Source of the DNA: Mobula hypostoma
Lineage: Eukaryota
DNA: 64,000 bases
Assembly: GCF_963921235.1 (NCBI RefSeq)
Contig: NC_086097.1
Coordinates: 49,788,001 to 49,852,000 of the forward strand
Reading direction: 5' to 3'
Positions 11,892 through 23,400 of this stretch are shown here, piece after piece. The notes below the pieces were generated by a model that worked only from the letters and a program-made list of their open reading frames with translations, did not search any database and was not told the DNA's origin. Numbering within the stretch: the stretch's first letter is position 1; each line of letters opens with the position of its first letter. The translations under genes and the position numbers were made by a program.

Positions 11892-13307
11892 ATGGAGTTT
11901 CCAGACCATAGCCGGCAGTTACTGCAGTGTCTGAGTCAGCAGCGTAACCAGGATTTTCTCTGTGATTGTACTGTTCTAGTTGGAGACGTTCAGTTTAGAG
12001 CCCATCGTGCAGTGCTTGCTTCATGCAGCATGTACTTTCATCTATTCTACAGGGACCAGCTGGACAAAAGAGACATTGTGCATTTAAACAGTGACATTGT
12101 CACAGCTCCTGCCTTTGGTCTGCTTCTCGAATTTATGTATGAAGGAAAACTTCAGTTTAATAGCCTGCCAGTTGAAGATGTGTTAGCTGCAGCCAGCTAC
12201 CTTCATATGTACAACATTGTGAAAGTTTGTAAGGGGAAATTGAAAGATAAAGAATTTTATGTAGGTGAAAAAATGAATGGTAATGCACTTGGACTGGTGA
12301 AAGAAGAGAATTCTTCAGAAAATGATGAACTGATACCACATAATTTTGATGCACAAAGCAAGCAAAATTGTACTACTGTGGATTATAAAAATCCCATGGG
12401 CAGTAAAAAGATTAATGGACACTCTAGGAGATTGTCTGATCTTGTAGGTATCACTTCTGTATCTACAGATCTTGAGTTATGCAATGCAACACCTGAAAAA
12501 ACAAAGTCCACTGTTAATAGTTCCACAGGACATGTGCCTCAAAGAACTGCTGACCATATCAAGGCCTCTGCTGATGTGGACTGTGCTCTAGATCTGTCTT
12601 TCAAGCCTGTGTCTGGAAGAGATTTATTTTACTCCCCCTGTGTTTCTGGACAGCTGGCCTCCGACAGGCAGCAGCAGGGCACTATGCCACTTGCTAGAGA
12701 TGAGCAAGAGTTGCTGTCAGACCAGGAGGACAGTGAAGAAGTGGATCTGGCAAGTCAGAATGGGAATTCTGCCAATGGTGTGATCACAGGATTTGGACCT
12801 GTATTCCTAGGGAATGATATGGCACATAATAACGGAATAGAACAAGGGAGTGAGGATGAAATGCCATCATCTGATATTTCAAACACAAGGATGGTGATGT
12901 CAACAGGACACATTTTTATTTGTCCCCTCTGCAGCAAAGGCTTCCCAAGTCCACATGTTCTTCAGCTTCATTTGAGTGCTCACTTCAGGGAAAAAGATGG
13001 TCCTCGGGCCAAAATGCCTACTGATGGTTCCATGCCTACTTGCTCGCAATGTGGGAAAACCTTTTCCTGCATGTACACACTGAAGAGGCATGAACGAACT
13101 CACTCGGGTGAGAAGCCTTACACCTGTGGTCAGTGTGGAAAGAGCTTCCAGTACTCTCATAATCTTAGCCGTCATGCAGTTGTGCACACCAGAGAAAAGC
13201 CACATGCTTGCAAGTGGTGTGAAAGACGATTTACACAGTCAGGTGACCTGTACAGGCACATGCGCAAGTTCCACTGTGGTCTTGTCAAGAGCATTGCAAT
13301 CAGATAA
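11892..13307 (+). CDS. zbtb42: Zinc finger and BTB domain-containing protein 42 (ZBTB18/RP58 paralogue), 471 aa, single coding exon
   Basis: N-terminal BTB domain (MEFPDHS...[18 protein letters not shown]..), CtBP-type ALDLS motif (12585-12599) and four C2H2 fingers with HSGEKPY/HTREKPH linkers. The short C-terminus FHCGLVKS.. and the BTB residues APAFG, SLPVED and VCKG fit ZBTB42. ZBTB18, as I recall it, has a longer tail (CELVNSLSVKSE..QELWK). Strong Kozak context agaATGG. Confidence 0.88.
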   Translation: MEFPDHSRQLLQCLSQQRNQDFLCDCTVLVGDVQFRAHRAVLASCSMYFHLFYRDQLDKRDIVHLNSDIVTAPAFGLLLEFMYEGKLQFNSLPVEDVLAAASYLHMYNIVKVCKGKLKDKEFYVGEKMNGNALGLVKEENSSENDELIPHNFDAQSKQNCTTVDYKNPMGSKKINGHSRRLSDLVGITSVSTDLELCNATPEKTKSTVNSSTGHVPQRTADHIKASADVDCALDLSFKPVSGRDLFYSPCVSGQLASDRQQQGTMPLARDEQELLSDQEDSEEVDLASQNGNSANGVITGFGPVFLGNDMAHNNGIEQGSEDEMPSSDISNTRMVMSTGHIFICPLCSKGFPSPHVLQLHLSAHFREKDGPRAKMPTDGSMPTCSQCGKTFSCMYTLKRHERTHSGEKPYTCGQCGKSFQYSHNLSRHAVVHTREKPHACKWCERRFTQSGDLYRHMRKFHCGLVKSIAIR

Positions 13308-15290
13308 TGCTACAAAGGCTAGCAGTAAATCTTGATATCCTATTTAAAACTGATGTGCATCTCTGGAAAACTTGCATGGTTTCAGTTAAATTACAAAACA
13401 ACAGTTCCACTGCATGGCTTTCCTGCATTAAGTGTGAAAGAACATTGCTTTCAATATTCTATAGGTAAACATTAAAGCTGCAGTACTTAATAGGAAACAT
13501 TTTTTCAATATTCTGTTAGTTTTGTTTAATGTTGAATTATCATGTTAAAATGATGTCATATTTTCCCAAAAATGAAAATTTCAGGAGCTTTGGTCACTAA
13601 AGTTGTATTAGTTTTCATCTTCCCCTTAGATCTTAATGCGTATAAATATACACCATTCTGGGATAAGTATGTATTAAGGGTAGAGTTTGTCTTTTTCTAT
13701 CATTAATATGGTAACCATATTTAAAAATCAAGAATTCAATCCACTTTTGAGCAATACTTTGTTTTACAGACTATTGTCAAGTAAATACCCTTGCATAATA
13801 AAGCGATACTGGCAATTGTTGAATGGCTAAGCATGATCTGTTAATACCTAAGCAAATTTTTTCAGAACTTTTCCTGAAATATTTTATGGTACAATTACAC
13901 TGGCATTATGATATTTCACTTGGCAACATCACCAAATACCATTCCAAATGAGGTAAATTAATTGTGATGTTTTGCTATACAGTACTGCAGTTTTTAATCT
14001 GTGAATTTTGGACACTGGTCTTACAACCTGGACAAATTCAATTATAAAGTGTTGCATTTTGTTGTTTGCTGTGATTGGAATATAGCACTAAGAACAACTA
14101 CTAAATGTTATTGCATTCTCCTGATGAAACTTGATACTGTATTTATAGCATTTTGATGGTTTGGTATGCAGTGGTTATTTTGTTTAATGTTCTATTTAGA
14201 AAAGTAAATTATAAAATATTTTTGGAACTTTAGTTTTCTTCAAATGTAGTGGTCTTTCTAAATTATCAATGCAGCATATGGGCAATGTTATGAAAATTGA
14301 GTTCTGTGCCTGATTAAAAGATTCATATAATAGCAATTACTACTGATTTTTTAAAAAATCGTCTTTGTTTAACCACATAAATCTTGTTTTTGTGAAATCT
14401 GGTATCACTATTATTTTTAAAAATAAGTTTCCTGATCATTATTGGGGATTACTGAACCATACCAGAACAGCTACAAAATTGTTTTGAAAAGGTAAAATGT
14501 GAATTCAGTTTTTTTAATTTGAAGAACAAAAAGTATATAATGTATATTTTAAAATTGTATTGCACACTTGAAAATGTTTTGCACTCTGTTTTATTTGATT
14601 TTAAATTCAATTTACCATTACTGCTTAAGAGAAAAGATTTTTTTAAAAACTGGATACTTAACCTAAAATATCAACAGGTCAAACAGGTAAAATACATCAT
14701 AGTTTTGTATAATCAAAATTTATTTATAGTTTTTTTTGTGATCTTTTCAGAGTTGTGTGTATTATTTGTATCCTTGAAATTTATTAATGGAGAGTTTTTT
14801 TTTAGTAATAATGTAGCAGAGGCATTGGAGACATTTTTTACAGAACTTATATTGCATTTTTAATAGGAATTACATCCTTGTTTCTTTAAATTTTAACATT
14901 TTAGTGTGGACTTTGGTGGACAATCGGAAAATGAAGGGTTTTTATATTATTGATTAAACCTGTTAGCGCTTATTCAGCAAGATGTCGACAATTGTTTTTA
15001 TTTTGCCACTGTTTCAGTGTGTTGTAAGACTGTGACAATCGTGACTAGACTTATTTTTGTGTGTTTTTAGTTTTAACACTTTAAAAAAAACTTTGTATAT
15101 TAAGATTTCTAATTTTGTGTGCTTACATTTTTGTTCAATGCAAAGTCTAAATGCCTGTATATTTTGTGAAGACGTGCCTTCATATATTACCTCATTCAAT
15201 GGATTGAATAATCAGTGCACGGTTGCATTCTGTTTAGAAAATTGAACAACTTATTAAAGAACTGACATTTACTTGTGTGTTTTTTTAACT
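13308..15290 (+). other. zbtb42 3' UTR with poly(A) signals
   Basis: AT-rich and free of recognisable repeats; AATAAA at 13797-13802; ATTAAA at 15253-15258 followed by a GU/U-rich tract (~15273-15287). Confidence 0.55.
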
Positions 15291-16329
15291 TTAAATTATG
15301 AATATAAGATGACCATAATTAATTTGAATGTTACAAATTTGAGAACCACCATAGTGCATTTATGGCCTTTTTTTAAATTTTAATCTATCAGTGCTTTGCT
15401 GGAAGAGTGGTTCTGATAAATTCCTTTTTGAGAGTCAATTTCTAAAATGTCTTTCTATGGTGCCTATTTCATCACAAATGTCCTTTTCATTGTTCTCCAT
15501 GTAATATTTCAGCAACACTTAATGTAGCATTCTAGTAGTATGTTCAGTGGCAATGCATCTGTTTATACAATGCCCAGTTAATAGATTGCTGAGTCTGCAT
15601 TCATTTTAAAAGCTCCCTTAATCATTCATTTACTTTCACAGTGAATAATACTAGTTGACTGTCAAGTCTTTGTTACAAAAAAAATTACAAGATTCCCTTT
15701 ATCATGTCTTGTAAGGGGTTTGATTCTGTATATAACAAGGGGGTCCTTCCAACAGAAGATCTATAAAAGGTTGCACTAACAATGTTTCCAGAATATAATG
15801 AAATATTTACATCAGGTTGTAATATATTGGTTGATATCAGCACATGGATCTGCTTTCTTGTCTCTGCCAGGAAGGTTTAATGACTTTTTAGTAGACAAAA
15901 TAATTTTGTATGTCTAGTAAATGCTATAACCTTTCTTCAGAAAGTACTCTAGTAATTAGAAATTATTGTACTGTAATGATCACTACTGTACTACTAGATG
16001 AGGGATGCAGACATTTTTATAAAACACTTAATTTGTTTTGAAGTCAGAGTAAAATTTTGAATGATTAACCTAATTTCTGACCTAATGCCATCTCTAGCAA
16101 AATAAAAGTGACTTTGAAAAGTTATGAGTTGTGGACTAATGTACAACATGAACTTTAATAAAGATAAGAGATGTTCACTTTTGGAAGAAAAAGGCCAATT
16201 TGTAAAGCTACACTGGTCCATAAAATGTAATCTAAAACTAAAATACTGTTGATATTTTAATAGTTTAGCAAATACAAGAAGGAACTATTGATTATGTCAA
16301 TAGGACATTAAGTAATTGATTATGAAAAT

Positions 16330-16660
16330 GAAAAGCTTTTTTGGAAGTGGTCATTATTCTAAAGCAGGCAAATGTTGCTAATATTTGCACAAAAAGATAC
16401 AACAGTTAACAGATTAGTTACTATTTTGTGATATTTTAGGAATAATTGTTGGCTGGGAAACTGAGCCATTACCCATTCCTAGAACAGTACCACTGGATCT
16501 TTTTATAGCCATTGGGAAGAATAGACAAGAGCTGGGCTTAATACTTCTTCCAAGAGGTAGCATGTCTTGATGGAGCAGAACATTTCATTACTACATAGAA
16601 GACGTATTTGTCTTTTGAATAGGGTTTGACTCATTAGATTTCAGAAATCAAAGTTAAGAT
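16330..16660 (+). mobile_element. Old Deu-domain-type SINE remnant
   Basis: agtaccactggatctttttatagcca..agacaagagctgggcttaatacttcttccaagag resembles the recalled DeuSINE core (gtgccatgggatcttttacgtccacc..ggtttaacgtctcatccgaaag). Confidence 0.45.
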
Positions 16661-17139
16661 AGCCCTTAACCATCAATATTTAAAAGGATCATATATGTAA
16701 AACAAAAATCATAATTTACAGCCATCCAAATCCATGTGCTTAGAAGATGAGTTGTTGACAAATGATCCAGAGAGCACACTCAAATGATGCAGTTTTTCTA
16801 ACTTTCTCCGAATGTAGCTTTCTCAAGTGCTGATTTCAGGTCAAGGGATTTGTGAGCGTAAATGTAATGATCTGAATCGTACTGGCTGAGGCTAGCAGTT
16901 CCAAAGAGAGCACTTGGCAAATGGCCACTTACAGGAAAGCACATCCTTGGATCTGCAGTAGGTCCAGGATAAGCTGAATGATAGAGATGCCAGCACAAAC
17001 ATCACTCAGTTCTTCAGCCACTAGGGTTATGTCAGTGGACTCCTTATACAGTTCTGAGAATCCCCAGCGTTACAGTGGGAAACTTTTCTAAAGCATAGCT
17101 TGCAACCTCTGTTCATTTAAGTATTCTATTTATTTATTT

Positions 17140-17360
17140 TATGTAGAAAGCAGCACAGTAACAGGACCTCCCAGCCTACTAAGCCCATGCCACCCAAGTA
17201 CACCCATGTGACAAATTAACCTACTAATCTATAATCTTTGGAATGTGGGAGGAAACCAGAGTATCTGGGGGAAACCCTGTGGTCACAGGGAGAACATACA
17301 AATGGGTTGTTGGCACTTAATAGTGTTGCTGCCAACTGCTGTGCTACCATGCTACCCTAC
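17140..17360 (-). mobile_element. V-SINE-like element
   Basis: Reverse complement of the V-domain (ctttggaatgtgggaggaaaccagag..cacagggagaacataca). Confidence 0.65.
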
Positions 17361-17407
17361 GAGGTACTGGAAATTAGGAGAAAATTACTGAACAAATAAA
17401 ACATCAA

Positions 17408-17455
17408 ATATATATGTGTGTGTGTGTATGTATATTACACACACACATATATATA
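17408..17455. repeat. Palindromic microsatellite (TA)n(TG)n...(CA)n(TA)n
   Basis: Directly visible inverted arms around a 7-nt spacer. Confidence 0.85.
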
Positions 17456-20400
17456 GAACCATATAGTTAAATGACAAACTTGACGAATTAGATTTATTCT
17501 GAAAGCTCTGTTAGACAAATAGTTTAAATGGGCCTAATATTGTGAGCATAAACTGAGGTTGAAGTGAGGGAAAACTCCTTCCTAATCAGCCCAAGTCTTG
17601 AGCTTGCTGCCAGTAAGGAATCGACCAGTGCCTTCAGAAGGAATGCACTAATTTGAGAAGGGATAATTTCCAAAGCTATGGGTGGGAACAAGGAAATAGG
17701 ATAAAAGGGTTGCTCTAACAGGATCTTGCAGTGGCCTAAATGAGCTGAATGGCTGCTTCCTGTGCCATTACAATTAATTCATAAAGTTATACAGAACAAA
17801 AACAGACCTTTTGGTTAAGTTTGTTTGCGCTGACCACATTGTCTTCCTGAGCTAATCCCATTTAACTTCATTTGGCCCACATCTCCCAACGCTCTTTCCG
17901 TGTACCTGCCCAAATGCCTTTTAAATGCTTAAATTTCATCTGCCTTTGCTACTTCATTCCTTATGCCACCACTATGTGTGTGTGTGTGTGTGTCTGTGTC
18001 TGTCGGTCACACACAATTGCTTCACAGGTCCCCTTTAAATTTTGATCCTTTCACTTGCTGGTGCCCTGTAGACAATTTCAAACTGAAATTGGTGCCAGGA
18101 AATGAAATTGATGTCTAAAGCTTATGGAGCCTACTTATCACTTTTAATTGTTCAAGTTGGGCAAACCTAAGAACACCTTCCATAAAATGGATGTTTGCTG
18201 CTAATTTAGAATGAAGCAAGATGAAGTTGTGTACAGTCATGATTATGGATGGAACAGCTATTCTGATTATTTGCTAATTGCTATGCTTTACCAGAGCAAA
18301 AGTTGTTCTCTCCAAATTTTAATAATGAATGTGACATTGATAGTTTATTAACTATGAATCTTCACATATTTGGGCTCAACAGTGTCTAAACTCTAACCTA
18401 TGCTTGTTTGAACATGTTAAAATATCTTTAGTTTACTATTTTAACCAGATTGTACAGGATTTCTAAAATTCCAAGTCTGTATTTAACCTGTTTACAATTA
18501 TGCCATATTACTGCATGGAACTGATTTGCAATATTTTAAATCTCAAGAGGGATTAATTGACATTTGAAAGATCATTCAGTTTGTGTATTCAGGAGCTCCT
18601 GCAGTTATTGAAATGAATGGATGTCATTTTTACAGGGGCAGTAAGCCATCTAATGTAAATTAACATTTCAATACTTGTATTTACATCAGTGCTCTCAGGT
18701 TGGTGTGACTTTTCAACCATCAAATCACTATCCAGTATTTGTTTGGATTTTATTCTTCAAGGTTGTATATTTGTTCCCTTAACTTTAAAATTTCTAAATT
18801 GTAGTTGATAAAAAGTTATCAATATTCAGCATTCCTGCCAAGCTGATTCTTTGTCTAAGCTGCATTGGGCCTTTACTTTACTAATAGATGCAAAAGATCC
18901 TGTAGTGGAGGAGAATTACATCTTTAGAAGAAAAATGAAAAAGGAAAGAATGATAGGTGTTCCAAAACTTGGTAATGGTGGACATGGAGACATCTATAGC
19001 TGAAATTCCTTTCTCTAATGCATAAGTAATTAAGAAAGAATGGGTTAGAACTGTGGAGTATTTTAAGGAAATAAACATGCCATATATTCTTTTAAGGAAG
19101 ATGTTTAAAAGATTTGCCTTTCATAGTTTGTACTGATCAAGTGCTTTTAAGCATAAGGAGATGATCAGAGCTCAGAACATTTCAGATTGCCATCTTATTT
19201 ACATATAGCTGACCTGATACAACAATGCCATCTAGTGTTCAATTTTGTCATCCTCAATGCAGCATTATCAAAAAAAAGTTTTTGTCCCGTTTCTGAAGAA
19301 AGGTCATCCATCTGAAACACTACAAGGATACCTCTGACTTGAGTACTTCCAGAATTTTCTATTTTCATTTCAGATTTCTGGTATCTTGGATTAATAGTCA
19401 CTTAGCATTTTACAGCTGCAGTAATCAAAATTGTCTTCAAAATATATTTCTGCTGTATGTTTGTCAAAGGTATTAGCATTTTACTTGTCAGTTTCCATCT
19501 TAGACTGGTACTGATGTGGTTGCACAGATGTCATTTCAGCTTTCCTTTATAAATTTAGCATTGCAATTGCTAAATCAATGGATTGTAGAGGTGGCTGCAT
19601 TACACAATGGGAGTAGTGAATGGGTTGCAGATGCATCAAGGCTCCCACAGACTCCCTGAGTATCATGCTGAAAGATTAGCATAGACATCCTTTACTGCGG
19701 TGTAGCAAGAGGAGCTCTTCCAATGAATTTAAGAAAGGGTGGCTGGAGATTGCCGTCAAAGTCAGTAGCTGTGAGGGTGAATCCTAAGTGGACTTGTGTT
19801 AACTTATCACCATTTCAGACTCTTGGGGTGCAGAAACAAATATAATTATATTTCACCTGGTGCTTCAGGCATCACCATCTGTTCATGTCACTTGTGAAGA
19901 CTGAAAGCAGCTGGATGTCTATGTGTGGGTCTCTATAATTCTTTACACTCTACTTAGTCCAATACAGAAACTGGATCTAGAAGGCTGTTGAAGAACAATG
20001 TACTTCCAGAGCAAAGAATGTATGATATATAGGTAGGCATCTAAACCATGGGAAGCACACTTGCAGAGAGATGGGTAGTGTCTTCCTTGAGTGGCATAAT
20101 GATGCAGCCTTCTAATCATATTTTTCAATGGAATTGGTTCCGGCCTCATGGTGCATGTAGTGCAACAGGCATGAGTTTGACTGACAATATTGCGAATCAA
20201 CTTTTGTCTTCCTTGCCTTTGCTTAAGGGGTATTAGTCCTCTGGTTAATGGTTTTAACTTCTGCTGCTCCTAAATGTAGAACAGAGTGGTGTACCACTAC
20301 CTACTAGGGATGCTAGTGGGTGCAATCTCCAAATTTCTTGAGTTAACTAAAACCTGTGCACATCATTGCCATGGTTTTCCTCACTGAATCTTTTTTCTGA

Positions 20401-23400
20401 TGCTTGGGCAGCATTTCTCACATGTGTCATCAACCAAAGAGAACAGGGATGTGGACAGGCACAGGATGAAGACAATTAACTTGTAACGGTTTCCCTGTTA
20501 AACTTACATTAAATCTCTTTATAAATGTTAGGTTATTCTAGTGAAAACACAGTTGTCAGAAACTCCTTGGCTTATAATATGTGAATTAAAGTAAGTCCCG
20601 TGTGAGATAAAGCCTGGTGGTTGTAGGCAGATTGAAAGGTGGCAAGTGCTGGAATGCCAGATTTTCTATCGTGCGTGGAACACTGGATATTAGACCAGGT
20701 AGAAAAGATCTTGCATATACAAACATACTGAAACCACACTTCCCCCACTCCTCCGCCAACACACAATCTCCCACCATTATTAGGAACAGAGGTTGTGAGG
20801 GAAATGTGTACAGCAGCAGACCCAGAGTGAGTTTCAAAAACAACTTCTGACATATAGCGCATATCTGTACCTATATGCTGTATGTTTTTTGGCTCATCTG
20901 CCATATTCTTCTGTTCCTCCATTGGCCCACATGTCCTCATCTTGGGTTTAATTCATTTGTTTCTATCTGTCCTTTTCACGGACAGGCACATACAAACCCA
21001 TTTCAAGTACAGGCATAGCTACCAGTATCATCCAGTCTGAAGACATTAACTAAATAGGACTGAAATAAAAATGCACAACCTTTTCCTCATTTTGTACACT
21101 CCTTCCTTCTATTTGCCTGCACACATTACATTTGAACATCTAAACTGATCTTGTAAATTGTACGTTCTTTGTAATGGCTTACAAATTGCTATACAGCTGC
21201 TGCAATGATGGCTTAGGGTAATTTGGTCTTCCAAGTGTTTTTTTCATTAACTTTGTCAACATTCTCTCAAACAACAAAACCATTAGCAATATGTACTGTG
21301 ATACTAATTACTAAATTAAAAAAAAATATAGGTGCAAGCTGCCAGCTAGTTTAAATTATTACTTTTGCTCTTGAAGATGCTCAAGTTCATTTCCTCTTAC
21401 AGTTTGTCTTCTGGACATAAAATCTTGCCTTTTTAGCAGAGTGCTTAAGTTTTATCTTCAGTCAGGCATGGAACAGTTGGGACTGCAGAGTTTGGTGCAG
21501 CTGCTGTTGATGTTGCTATGTAATTGGCTGCAGTAAAGCACTTGTGTGGGGCTTTCAAGATCCTGCCAGTTTTTGGTGCCCTTGAGATGGAGCCACTCCA
21601 CTTCTCCACAGTGCTCCATCTGTTAGCTCAGCTGAGACTAGTCAAAACATACCCAGTGAAGACACATGTATTTGTATGTAATTTTAGCTCTCTGATTGAG
21701 ATCCAACGCACACGTTATCAGACAACATATTTAAACATATATTCAAATAGGTAATGATTTTTCATTGTTCTCGTATCACAATTAATTTCATGGATAAACT
21801 TTGAGAAAGAAATGATTCATTGAAAATTATTCTGCAGAATCCTTTTGTGGTAAAACTGCAAAGTCAAACATGAGTCATTTTGTTTTTCCATAGACTCGAA
21901 CCTGTTATTTTCTTTTTACAACACAGTGCCGTTTGTATAGAAGCCCACACATGAAGGAATCAATCAATATCAAAAACAAAGTTCTAGGACAGGGATGTTA
22001 TTATTAAAGTCTCATTCCTAAAGCCTCATTTATGTGACTGATGGCCTTGATTGTATCTAGTACTGACCTACTTCGTGAAGTTGGCCTAGATATATATTGC
22101 AAATGCATTTTTGTGCTGTGTATTAGATTTAAATTTAAAATATTTGTGAACCACAACTTTGTGGACATGATGAGACTAATCATGGAGCAGTGCTAATGTG
22201 CTGTGAAACTGTGGGCCCCAATTACTGCATAAGGCCTTGATGGGGGTGTGGGGGGAGAGAAGAGATGAAAGTCTGTTAGAGCACATATTGAAAGTCCCAA
22301 CCTTCCCTGAGATGCTGGTAGCAATCTGGCATTAACACTGGTCAGAGACAGAGCATATGTCTCCACCCTCGACGTAGAGCTGCTACTTTCTTTGAGATGA
22401 TATGGGGTGAGGGTGGGATAGCAACGCCCTGAGAAACTCTGAGGTTACTGTGCATAATGATGATCTGTGAATCATGCTTTTTACACATCTTTGCCATCTG
22501 CAGAAGAAATTTGTTTTCTTGTAATCTTGCCTATGTATGGGGCTAAAGAATTTATGGCCAAATGCATTTAGTTTCCAGAAGTTTATCCACCTGATTTACT
22601 GAATTTTACATAACATGGAAATTTAGTTCTCTTGGTTAATCTGTTAGACGATCTAACTAGATGATGTTAGGGATGATTTGTGGGTTTCAGCATTGCTGAA
22701 TAGTTCTTATGTCTGATTAAGAATGATTGCCACCTGCTGGAATGGATCTCGAAGAAGGGCAGGATTAAATTTGTCAAATCAGTTCAGTCACCACTCTAGT
22801 TTTACTGAAGCTAAATTCATTGGTGGTCCATCTGAACTACACTTTAATATGAATTATAATTAGGCAATGGTTATTTGACTATTATTGATTATTTTAGACT
22901 GTCCTGATAATTGAAGCAAACTAGTTAACTGAAATCTACTGACTAACAATGAAAAGAGATTTATTAGCTTGGAAGAAATGTCTGCAATAAACAAGTCTAT
23001 GTAGTATTTTGTGTTTCAAGCAATCTCTAAGCTGGAAGCGGTGCAGAAAGCAATTTGAGGACCTAAAAATAGTTAAGATGACTCTCCAGAATAGAAATCT
23101 GCAAAGCAAGGCCAGCTGTGGAGTTAATTTGCCAAGAAAATATTATGCGTCAATAGTACAGTAAATTGATACAATTTATTAGCTCCCAAAAATAAGAAGG
23201 GACCGCATCTTTCAAACATTGTTAATTGTAAGCTTTCACCTTTTGGAATTTTAAATTGTATAACTGCAACAAAAAAATATTAGCAGTAGCCAACCAACAT
23301 TGACGTGCATCATAGCACTAGTTTCTAGCACTGAACTAGGAGGCAAGATGATTTAATTTGCAGTAACTTTAGAAAACAATGTGTTAAAACCAGAGATTTT

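Noticed and set aside
11892..13307. Calling the gene ZBTB18
   Set aside because: The N-terminus is ZBTB18-like, but the short FHCGLVKS tail, the length and several BTB residues favour ZBTB42. A phylogeny plus synteny (AKT1 versus AKT3) would settle it.
14519..14863. 114-aa hydrophobic ORF
   Set aside because: Artefact of the T-rich 3' UTR.
16798..16998. Possible exon of a neighbouring gene (e.g. SIVA1, ADSS1, AKT1)
   Set aside because: No similarity that I can recognise and no clear splice boundaries; I identified no exons of the expected syntenic neighbours in the window.
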